From IMG/VR virus record IMGVR_UViG_3300038682_000017: DNA of 41,822 nucleotides. One strand, given 5' to 3'. The notes beneath the pieces are model-generated. The model did not search any database, was not told the DNA's origin, and saw only the letters and a list, made by a program, of their open reading frames with translations. Numbering within the stretch: position 1 is the first letter of the stretch; each line of letters starts with the position of its first letter. Source of the stretch: a virus. Shown here piece by piece: positions 34,447 through 41,822 of the stretch. A program made the translations under genes and the position numbers.

Positions 34447-35943
34447 TTAGAAGAAGTTAGTCTCAAGTTCATTCGTAGTCACACCATCACGGTAACGCTG
34501 CAACGCTGCTTTCAAACCTTCCTGATTATCCGTCTTACGTTCAATAGCATCAGCAACTGCAAGGTCAATAGTGTCATTGCAAAGTATTCTAATGATAGAC
34601 ACTGGTGCTTTCTGACCTTGACGATTAAGACGACCATTCATCTGCTCATACAATTCCAGTGACCAGTTCAAACCGAACCACACCAATATTGAACCTGAGT
34701 CCTGAAGACCATCAACACCGTGACCCATTGATGCAGGGTGACCGATCAACAGTTTAATCTTCCCACTGTTCCAGTCGTTGATGATGCGTTCAGTATCTGC
34801 TGACTTAGCTGTGGTGAGGTTTACAGGTTTATACTTCTTGAACCTCTTCATGATGCGTTCAGCATCTGACTTGAACGTGTAACTACATAGCACCGGTGCA
34901 CCACCTGCTTCTTCCAACACTTCTTCAAGTGCATCGAGTTTAGCATCATGCACTGATTCATAATCCGGTGAATCACTGTTCAGGTATGGTGAACCATTGC
35001 AGAACTGCAAACATTTATTTGACACTGATGAGCGACTGAACACTTCCACTTCTTGACCTGAGTCAAGCTGAGTAAACATGTTCTTCTCAACCTCATCGTA
35101 TGCCTTACGAGCTGATGCAGGTAGGTCAACCATCATGTTAGTCACTTTACAGTCAGGTAGGTCAAGGTAGTCAGCAGCATCCATCTTCTTTGTAATGTCG
35201 CTGATCTTGAACTCGATCCACTGTTTACCTAATTCAGTCGGTGAGTAGTTCCACCCTGAATAGTCACTGGTGAAGTAGCTGTCTTTGTAATGGGTGATGT
35301 ATTCACCAAGTCGTTCACCACCATCAACAGCTAAGAACTGACCATGCAGATCAAGGTAACCATTTGATGCAGGTGTACCAGTCAGACCTGTACGGTACTT
35401 GAAGTGGTTCAGGATCTTGCGCCAGCCTGTCACTTTAATCTTGACCGGTTCACCACGTCCGTCTTTACGGTCACGGTTGCCACCAGCCATACGCAGAGTA
35501 GTTGAGTTCTTCAGCTTTGACACTTCATCATAGACGACCATCTGAAACGGGAGTGGTTTACCCTGGGACAGATAATAATGGTCAAGGGTTTCAGCTAACC
35601 AGTTCATTGCTTCATAGTTAATGAGGTAGATGTCAGCATCAGCAAACAGTGCACGTGCACGTTTCTCTTTGTTACCGTGGATGACGCTGAAGCGTAGGTG
35701 CTGAGTGTGTGACCACTTGCGTGCTTCCCTAGCCCATACAGCCTGAATGACTCGCAGTGGTCCGAAGATGAGTGTCTTCTGTACCTGACCTGCACGCATA
35801 CGATCAACGATAGTGGTCAGAGTTATCGGTGTTTTACCGAGTCCCATCTGCAACCACAGCATTGAATCATCGTGCTGAAGCTGGTGCATCACGCATTCTC
35901 TTTGATAATCATGGAGCTGTTGAGGGTGTAAGAGTTGGTTCAT
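34447..35943 (-). CDS. SNF2-family (SF2) helicase/translocase.
   Basis: Motifs seen are DYQ, GLGKT (Walker A), DEVSKLKN (motif II) and the C-terminal QMNGRLNRQGQ (motif VI). Confidence 0.85.
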   Translation of the reverse strand: MNQLLHPQQLHDYQRECVMHQLQHDDSMLWLQMGLGKTPITLTTIVDRMRAGQVQKTLIFGPLRVIQAVWAREARKWSHTQHLRFSVIHGNKEKRARALFADADIYLINYEAMNWLAETLDHYYLSQGKPLPFQMVVYDEVSKLKNSTTLRMAGGNRDRKDGRGEPVKIKVTGWRKILNHFKYRTGLTGTPASNGYLDLHGQFLAVDGGERLGEYITHYKDSYFTSDYSGWNYSPTELGKQWIEFKISDITKKMDAADYLDLPDCKVTNMMVDLPASARKAYDEVEKNMFTQLDSGQEVEVFSRSSVSNKCLQFCNGSPYLNSDSPDYESVHDAKLDALEEVLEEAGGAPVLCSYTFKSDAERIMKRFKKYKPVNLTTAKSADTERIINDWNSGKIKLLIGHPASMGHGVDGLQDSGSILVWFGLNWSLELYEQMNGRLNRQGQKAPVSIIRILCNDTIDLAVADAIERKTDNQEGLKAALQRYRDGVTTNELETNFF

Positions 35944-37067
35944 TGTACTAATCCTGAATGTCTTAGAATGTGAGCAATAACTTCATCAGTCCAACCGTTA
36001 CCGGCTATCTTGTAAAGTTGCGTATTAGAAACACCTGAAGCGAGTATCTTGTCAATCAGATGCTCAGGTACGGTCTGAAGTCTGAAGCATTCACGTGGTG
36101 TTATATATCTAAAGAAGAATAATTCTTGTGGTATACGATCAGGTAAAGTGAAAGGTACAACAATATTGTCTTTACCGACTGTACTTAGACAATTACTTTT
36201 ACCATCATATCTGAACTCAACGTGTTGAACAGGTTTAATATCCATACGGTGATCAACACGTTTCATTGTTGCAGGGTCAATACGTCTACCACGTAAAGAT
36301 GCAACTGCTTCAGCGTCATCAGGTATATCACAGATACCGAAGAACCGTTGACTTGAATAATTTTTATGATGACTAGCTTCAATCATCTGCATTTTATCTG
36401 AGTCAGAGTGAACGGTTAGTGTTTTATTCTTTCTACGTGAATGATTGATTAACCAGTCAATACCCTTCTCAGTGTAATAGTATCGAGTTAAATCAACATT
36501 ATGCTCACGCACATCACCCCATGTAATCATTCGATCTTCAGGTTGTGATACTTCCCAATTACACCAGTAATAACGCTGACGATTTTGTGCTGACACCAGT
36601 GCTGAGTTAATGAATACAGGTTCAGCGTAAACTTTATCATTGATTACTTGCAGAAATTCCTGCTTCATCTTCACATTTTCAAGCATGAACTTGACTGGTG
36701 TTTTACCAGCTTTCATTCGTTCACTGTCAATGTGGTTTCTGATGTCGATGAACACGAAGAATAATGCTGAACGTGGATCGTCAAAAGCTAACTGTTTACC
36801 AGCAAAGCTGAAACCCTGACACGGTGAACCAGCAAGCAACAAGTCAATTGAAGCCCAGTCAATGTTCCACTCACGCCACTGAGTCACATCACCAAGTCTG
36901 ATGATATTAGGGTACAGTGTATTGCTGACAATGTTAGCGTACTTATCAATCTCAGCAGCGTAGTATTTATCCACACCGATACCTGATAAGTCGCACGCAG
37001 TTCTACCTGATGACTTACCATCAAACAGACTGAGAACATTGATACCTTTATTCAGAAACATCATCAC
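35940..37067 (-). CDS. DNA (cytosine-5)-methyltransferase.
   Basis: Motif I is VLSLFDGKSSG, motif IV is GSPCQGFSFAGK, motif VI is MLENVK, plus QNRQRYYW and the C-terminal GNGWT. Confidence 0.85.
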   Translation of the reverse strand: MMMFLNKGINVLSLFDGKSSGRTACDLSGIGVDKYYAAEIDKYANIVSNTLYPNIIRLGDVTQWREWNIDWASIDLLLAGSPCQGFSFAGKQLAFDDPRSALFFVFIDIRNHIDSERMKAGKTPVKFMLENVKMKQEFLQVINDKVYAEPVFINSALVSAQNRQRYYWCNWEVSQPEDRMITWGDVREHNVDLTRYYYTEKGIDWLINHSRRKNKTLTVHSDSDKMQMIEASHHKNYSSQRFFGICDIPDDAEAVASLRGRRIDPATMKRVDHRMDIKPVQHVEFRYDGKSNCLSTVGKDNIVVPFTLPDRIPQELFFFRYITPRECFRLQTVPEHLIDKILASGVSNTQLYKIAGNGWTDEVIAHILRHSGLVQ

Positions 37068-37206
37068 CTCGTTTTAATTTATCACGCATCTCAGCGATAT
37101 GTTCAGCAGGTGTTGACGGATGCGGATCGGCTTCATCGATGTCCCAACGACGACCACAGGTGCAGACATACTCATCACCTTCACGTGTTGTTCTGTGCTT
37201 TTCCAT
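37048..37206 (-). CDS. Possible 52-aa ORF between the VRR-NUC and C5-MTase genes.
   Basis: ATG 37206 gives MEKHRTTREGDEYVCTCGRRWDIDEADPH...; it fills an otherwise unannotated 113-nt gap and overlaps both neighbours. It is below the ORF-track cutoff. Confidence 0.3.
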   Translation of the reverse strand: MEKHRTTREGDEYVCTCGRRWDIDEADPHPSTPAEHIAEMRDKLKRGDDVSE

Positions 37207-37510
37207 AGAATTTCTCCACTGGTTGATTGAATAACTTCAGGTCTTTAATGAGCAGATCAACACCGGTGTTACCCCATACAGTACAGACAATCGCACCAAG
37301 GTTACGCAGTCGCTCATGTTCACGTGACTGTACACCACTGAGTCGTCCGTCCAATGTCTTGACCTCACAGAAGAATATAGGGTTGAAACCTAGCACAATC
37401 TGATCGGGTACACCGTCACGACCTGGTGAAACCCACTTACGTGAATCACCGTTGAGTTTCTTCAGCTCATCACGCAGATAGGTTTCAACTTTGTTCTCAC
37501 GAACACCCAT
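37181..37510 (-). CDS. VRR-NUC domain nuclease.
   Basis: It has the PD-(D/E)xK pattern GVPDQIV...FFCEVKT..G.LS..Q typical of VRR-NUC. Confidence 0.7.
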   Translation of the reverse strand: MGVRENKVETYLRDELKKLNGDSRKWVSPGRDGVPDQIVLGFNPIFFCEVKTLDGRLSGVQSREHERLRNLGAIVCTVWGNTGVDLLIKDLKLFNQPVEKFYGKAQNNT

Positions 37511-37511
37511 G

Positions 37512-37820
37512 TTAATTCGGTATGTTCAAGCAGAACGCACGACAGTGTGATTCCTGCATTACACGAATGATAGGGAAACCACGGTACTGATCACTAGCAT
37601 CAGTTAAGTCAGAAGCATAGGTGCACAAACTTCTCAGTGCAGCATACTCAAGGTCACCAATGTAAATGACAACACGTGGTTGATAGTTAGGATCAGCAGA
37701 CTTAGTTTTGTTCTTGCTGTAACATTTGTACAGCACCATGTCTATCAATCGAAGTGCTTCAGTCAGACGTTGAGACTCTTCATCTGGTGAATCATTTTTG
37801 AAGTTCATACTTTTAAGCAT
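37512..37820 (-). CDS. Hypothetical protein (102 aa).
   Basis: ATG 37820 lies 4 nt after AAGGTGAC; the ORF-track GTG 37829 is inside the SD. No motif recognised. Confidence 0.55.
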   Translation of the reverse strand: MLKSMNFKNDSPDEESQRLTEALRLIDMVLYKCYSKNKTKSADPNYQPRVVIYIGDLEYAALRSLCTYASDLTDASDQYRGFPIIRVMQESHCRAFCLNIPN

Positions 37821-37872
37821 AATAGTCACCTTGTTAATTTAGTTCACACTAACTGTTACACATTGTTCCACG

Positions 37873-39924
37873 TTAGTCAAGCAATGGTTTAACTAATTTC
37901 TCAGCTTCTTGCACATACCAGTCAATGTTGATGTCGTGTTCCCATGAACCACCATCAGGCGGTACAAGTAAATCGTCGAGATTGTTGCAAATAAAAACAT
38001 TCCAACCGGTGTTAATACCAGAGCGACGTTCTTCGTACACTGATTTATTCTTGGTGTGAATACGCTCATCCCATACACCCTGACCTATCTCTTCCATGAC
38101 ACTGTTGAAGAATGCGTCAGTCAGCTTGTTAGCACGTTTATACTCACCCAGTGGACCTGCTGCTGGCATAACCTTCTCAAGTGGTTTACCGGTGCGACTG
38201 ATGTAATAGCGCACAATGTTACTGACTTGCTCACCACCCCACTCAAGCGTGCTGCTACGTGGTACTTTCGTTCTGAGGAAGAAGTCAAACACGTCACCGT
38301 GGTTAGTAATGAACTCACGAATATCTTCACCACGGACCAGTGCAGCTTCAGCAGCCATAGCAACAACACGAGCTGACCAGTCTTTGTGATAAGGTAGCTC
38401 ACGTGTACCAGGGTTCTCTTCAGCGGTCTGGTGAGCATAAGCACCGATGCGCTTCAGACCACCGTCTTGCTTCTCAGCCATGTAGCTATTCACATCACGA
38501 ATGAACATGCGATTGTACAGTGCTTCTTCAAGCTCAAGGTGCGTCAGTTCTTCCCACCAGCGACACACTGCACGAGTATGGTCAAGGTACTCATGAGGGC
38601 AAAGGTAAGTAATACCATCAGTGTTCGCTTGGATCATGCGTAACCCTGGTACTTTCAACATCTGCTCAGTCAACATGCACAACAGTAACTGACCATTGAT
38701 GGTGATTGACATGGTGTAGAACGCATCAAGGAACGGTGAGTATTCATTGTTACTACCACCGTATGCACCGTTCAATGCTAGTTTAAATGCTTCATTCTCA
38801 GCAGTACCTTTCGGGTAAGTCTTACGAGTTTTATAAACATTCAAGTAAGCGTCACAGAACTCTTTACCAAGGTGAGCAGGAAACAGGTTATTTTTGATAG
38901 CAAGGTTCGGATAGAATGAAGCCACGTCCACGTCAACAATCTGATGTGTATCAGTGCTATGGATAACCTGTGACTCAACCGATGCGTGAATACCACCAGT
39001 CCCGAACTTATAATCAACACCATCAACGGTAGCAACAAGACCTTTAAACACACCTTTAGTCTCGGTGATAACACGTGCAGCAAGGTAGTTATAAATGTTC
39101 TGAAACTCGGTACGCTCAAAACTAACATAAGGGAAGATAACTTGATTCAGATCAATAGAGTCACGTTTAGTCTGACGCTTCTGCTTCTTGTTATCAACGT
39201 ACTCGAAACATTTGATACCTTGATTTTCCATCTCGGTGACCAGAATAGTTTCACCGATCTTCACGTCACTCATGTTCATCATGTTTTTGTCAAAGGTCTT
39301 AGATAACCCTTCACGCATAGCAATCTGTTTCACAGTACGCTGTGCAAACATATCGGTTGCATTGATGTCGTGCCACATGTACGAGATAAGCACGTCAACC
39401 TGCTCACTGGTCAGGTCAATACCCACATCAAAAGGTAGGTCTTCAATGTTCTGCATTCGCATGTTGAACTCAAGCACTTTCAGACTGGTAGCTTTTGCTT
39501 TGTTGTCGAAGTGATGAATTTTGTACAGGTCAATCTGTGGCACTATCCAGTCAGATTCCCACACCATGTGAGCAAAGCGTGCATTGTGGTGAGCGTTAAT
39601 GATTGACATTGCTTTGTTGTAGATGTCAGTCACCGTGATGCAAGCCATACGATTTTGATAGATGAAGTGAATAACAGGGTAGTCAAACCCTATGTTATTG
39701 AACCCCACCATGCGACAACCTTGACGGTCTAACTCTTCAAGGAATCGACAGAACATCTGCAAGTCGTTACGTCTGAAGCTGATTTCAAATAACCAACGTC
39801 GTTTAGTTACTCGGTGCATGAAGCCGATGGTGAAAGCATTGGGATATGTTTCACAGTCATAGGAGATGTCACCTGGTGTAATACCGAACAAGAAGTCAGG
39901 TTTTACTGTTTGTATAAAACTCAT
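37873..39924 (-). CDS. DNA polymerase, family-B-like, with an N-terminal DnaQ-type 3'-5' exonuclease.
   Basis: Exo I is YDCET, Exo II is GFNNIGFDYP and Exo III is YMWHDINATD. Pol motif A is DVASFYPN (DxxSLYPS-like), motif B is KLALNGAYGG (KxxxNSxYG-like), and motif C is IQANTDGI (DTDS-like with Asn in place of the first Asp). Confidence 0.8.
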   Translation of the reverse strand: MSFIQTVKPDFLFGITPGDISYDCETYPNAFTIGFMHRVTKRRWLFEISFRRNDLQMFCRFLEELDRQGCRMVGFNNIGFDYPVIHFIYQNRMACITVTDIYNKAMSIINAHHNARFAHMVWESDWIVPQIDLYKIHHFDNKAKATSLKVLEFNMRMQNIEDLPFDVGIDLTSEQVDVLISYMWHDINATDMFAQRTVKQIAMREGLSKTFDKNMMNMSDVKIGETILVTEMENQGIKCFEYVDNKKQKRQTKRDSIDLNQVIFPYVSFERTEFQNIYNYLAARVITETKGVFKGLVATVDGVDYKFGTGGIHASVESQVIHSTDTHQIVDVDVASFYPNLAIKNNLFPAHLGKEFCDAYLNVYKTRKTYPKGTAENEAFKLALNGAYGGSNNEYSPFLDAFYTMSITINGQLLLCMLTEQMLKVPGLRMIQANTDGITYLCPHEYLDHTRAVCRWWEELTHLELEEALYNRMFIRDVNSYMAEKQDGGLKRIGAYAHQTAEENPGTRELPYHKDWSARVVAMAAEAALVRGEDIREFITNHGDVFDFFLRTKVPRSSTLEWGGEQVSNIVRYYISRTGKPLEKVMPAAGPLGEYKRANKLTDAFFNSVMEEIGQGVWDERIHTKNKSVYEERRSGINTGWNVFICNNLDDLLVPPDGGSWEHDINIDWYVQEAEKLVKPLLD

Positions 39925-40688
39925 TTCATGTCACCTTTAGTATCGAAGGATTCAGTGTCTTTATCATCACGGAATCGAAGGAATGTCACAGCGTATCTGA
40001 AGTTACCTGATGGGAACAGTTCTTTATATTGCACTTCAATCAATCGCCCGATGTACTGATCAGGGTTGTCCCATAACTTCTTACGCATCTCATCAGTGAA
40101 CGCTGTCACCTTACCGTATGCAGTGTCGAACCCACCTAGCTGATCTTTAGGGTTCTTATGTTTATCAAGCTGCTCAAACCAACCAGTGATAAACACATCA
40201 GCAGTTGCTTTCGGTTTAACTCGATACCACCGTTCATCGTTTCTCAGCACCAATCCTTCATAACCTTTGTCGAGTGCTGATTGCAGGTACTCTTCAACCT
40301 GCTCAGGTGTTGGGTTGTCGATGGTTGCTATAATTAAACGTGGGTCAACTGAATGCTCATTGTCAGTTCTGAAGTCAATGTAATCCAGTGGGTACACCAT
40401 GTCGTCAGTGAGACAGTTAGCTTCAGGTTCATGCAACTGCATCGGTGAGTTACTTTCAACAAATGAACCTGCATATACTTCACAGTCACCGAACACTTCA
40501 ATCTTGCGTTTAGCCTGATCACTGAGTGCAATGTGAAGACCTGGTGGAGTGTGGTTGTTACGAGTTACAAAGATACCATCACGGTGCAGAATGCGAACAC
40601 CGTCAATCTTGTAGGATATTTCAACGCTACCTTTAATCTTTTGACCTGTGTAGGTAGTCGCTTTTCTAAAGTCAGTTCTACGTGCCAT
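39921..40688 (-). CDS. lig: ATP-dependent DNA ligase (minimal, 255 aa).
   Basis: Adenylation motif I is KIDGVR, motif IV is EGLVLR and motif V is YRVKPK. Confidence 0.85.
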   Translation of the reverse strand: MARRTDFRKATTYTGQKIKGSVEISYKIDGVRILHRDGIFVTRNNHTPPGLHIALSDQAKRKIEVFGDCEVYAGSFVESNSPMQLHEPEANCLTDDMVYPLDYIDFRTDNEHSVDPRLIIATIDNPTPEQVEEYLQSALDKGYEGLVLRNDERWYRVKPKATADVFITGWFEQLDKHKNPKDQLGGFDTAYGKVTAFTDEMRKKLWDNPDQYIGRLIEVQYKELFPSGNFRYAVTFLRFRDDKDTESFDTKGDMK

Positions 40689-40697
40689 GTCGTCACC

Positions 40698-41210
40698 TTA
40701 CATGAATGATACTGGTCGTGAAGGTTTAGCACATAGACCGTACTTACTGAACTCTTCACAGAATAAATCAGGGTTATCACCGGTGTAAGTTATCAACTGG
40801 TCACGGTCATTACTGTCTTCAGGTTTACCGGTGTCAGGGTTGATGAATGCAATACGGTGATTAGGTAGACAAATGGCTGAACAATGATCGGGAGTACCTG
40901 AACCATTCCACCACTTACTTGAGTAAACACTGTTGGTCAGGATGATTGCTTGCTTGACGTAACCGTTGTGATACATCACTGATAAATATTCAATGAAAGG
41001 TTTCGCTAAACCACGTCCGTAAGGCGGGTTCAACCACACGTTACCTTCCCATATTTTATCAAGACCGTTAGTCTCTTCAGTGTAATAAACACCAGCTTGC
41101 ACAACCTTCTGTGCTGCGTCATTGGATGCAGGGTCACAGTCAATTGAACCCATAACCTTACGAGCTGATTCAATGAAGTGTGTCGGTGTACCCCAGTTAT
41201 TGTTAGCCAT
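40698..41210 (-). CDS. Phage Dam-family DNA N6-adenine methyltransferase.
   Basis: WGTP...IDCDPASN followed by NVWLNPPYGR matches the small phage Dam MTase family (motif IV NPPY). Confidence 0.8.
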   Translation of the reverse strand: MANNNWGTPTHFIESARKVMGSIDCDPASNDAAQKVVQAGVYYTEETNGLDKIWEGNVWLNPPYGRGLAKPFIEYLSVMYHNGYVKQAIILTNSVYSSKWWNGSGTPDHCSAICLPNHRIAFINPDTGKPEDSNDRDQLITYTGDNPDLFCEEFSKYGLCAKPSRPVSFM

Positions 41211-41220
41211 TGTGAACCTT

Positions 41221-41251
41221 AAATAAAAGAACCCTGCTGTTACACAGGGTT
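41221..41251 (-). terminator. Rho-independent terminator on the minus strand, between the gp49-like ORF and the Dam MTase gene.
   Basis: On the minus strand the stem is AACCCTG / CAGGGTT with loop TGTAACAG, followed by CTTTTATTT. The loop contains the GTGTAAC half-site. Confidence 0.7.
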
Positions 41252-41264
41252 AATGCTCAGGGAG

Positions 41265-41510
41265 TTAAGCAGGATCTGTAAGTGAACCTTGATAAAGTTT
41301 CTCTTTTAACAGATAACCTTCAAGCATCCATATTTTATTACGTGCTTGTTCAAGTGCAATCTTCTCACCGATTGCTGCGTCAAAGTTTTCAGGACTTGCA
41401 CAAGCCGATTCACCAGTGACGGTGAACCCGTTGGTGAGTGTCATACAGCAGACCGTTAAACAACTATCAGGGAAAACATGAAAGTCAGTTCTTTCGATCT
41501 TAGAGTCAAT
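41265..41510 (-). CDS. N4 gp49 / Sf6 gp66-family-like small protein. The first ATG is at 41444, but the coding-like sequence extends upstream.
   Basis: The minus-frame translation ...IDSKIERTDFHVFPDSCLTVCCMTLTNGFTVTGESACASPENFDAAIGEKIALEQARNKIWMLEGYLLKEKLYQGSLTDPA matches my recollection of this family across the whole stretch. From the ATG it is only 59 aa, just under the track cutoff. Confidence 0.5.
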   Translation of the reverse strand: MDSKIERTDFHVFPDSCLTVCCMTLTNGFTVTGESACASPENFDAAIGEKIALEQARNKIWMLEGYLLKEKLYQGSLTDPA

Positions 41511-41595
41511 TAGTGCAGGATTCTCACCTGCTTACTGTTTCTGAGATTATTTATCGTGGTCATCGTCAACAGTTAAGTTCTACCCACGGACTGCA

Positions 41596-41822
41596 TTAAG
41601 CAAACGATGGACGAATTGCTAAACCTTGTTCAATCAACAACTCTTCAGTCCACCCTGGTGTTGCTAAGTATTGCTCAAGCGTCACACCGTTAGCTTTAGC
41701 TGTCATCTGCAATGCTGGCGGTGCAACTGGTGCTGCATTAGGCGCAGGTGGTACTGGCGGTGTTGGAGCAGCAGGAGCAGCAGGAGCAGCAGGAGCAGCA
41801 GGAGCAGCAGGAGCAGCAGGAG
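41596..41822 (-). CDS. C-terminal part of the (Ala-Ala-Pro)n protein whose start is at 189.
   Basis: The minus frame reads ...(AAP)n TPPVPPAPNAAPVAPPALQMTAKANGVTLEQYLATPGWTEELLIEQGLAIRPSFA with stop TAA at 41598-41596. It is open to the window end. Confidence 0.6.
   Translation of the reverse strand, partial: PAAPAAPAAPAAPAAPAAPTPPVPPAPNAAPVAPPALQMTAKANGVTLEQYLATPGWTEELLIEQGLAIRPSFA
41765..41822. repeat. 9-nt tandem repeat (GGAGCAGC, then 5 x AGGAGCAGC, then AGGAG), the same repeat as at 1-90.
   Basis: Direct reading. 41773-41822 equals 1-50. Confidence 0.95.

Overview
The 41.8-kb window reads as one complete dsDNA podovirus-like phage genome, not a chromosomal segment. The first 50 nt and last 50 nt are the same in-phase 9-nt tandem repeat. 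A minus-strand ORF that runs off position 1 resumes in frame at the window end. The simplest reading is a circularised or terminally redundant assembly that was cut inside a coding repeat. Two transcription arms diverge from back-to-back sigma70-like promoters at 448-515. The rightward arm (+, 643-34446) runs in this order: prim-pol/SF3 helicase, DUF3310-like, ThyX, class II RNR, acidic protein, MazG, an MTase-like protein lacking the catalytic motif, and small Zn-ribbon genes. Then comes a ~550-bp repeat-rich non-coding region, followed by terS, terL, two unknown genes, portal, Bbp19-like, scaffold, major capsid and a Bbp16-like decoration protein. After these come a T7-ordered tail and internal-core block (gp11/12/13/14/15/16 positions, including a 2563-aa giant protein), two fibre genes, and a holin/GH24 endolysin/tail-anchored protein lysis cassette. 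The leftward arm (-, 409 through the junction down to 34447) runs: RHH-like regulator, (Ala-Ala-Pro)n protein, N4 gp49-like ORF, terminator, Dam-family MTase, ATP-dependent ligase, family-B-like DNA polymerase, VRR-NUC, C5-MTase, SNF2 helicase. I recognised no integrase, CI-like repressor, tRNA, CRISPR array, reverse transcriptase or phage RNA polymerase. All functional calls come from motif recognition by eye and from synteny; no searches were run. The items most worth follow-up are: (1) the giant gp16-position protein with HEXXH and GNAT-like modules; (2) the iteron-like non-coding region upstream of terS; (3) a near-palindromic 17-mer sitting in the spacers of several promoters, together with the RHH gene; (4) the MTase-like protein without a catalytic motif; (5) a long structured hairpin between terS and terL.
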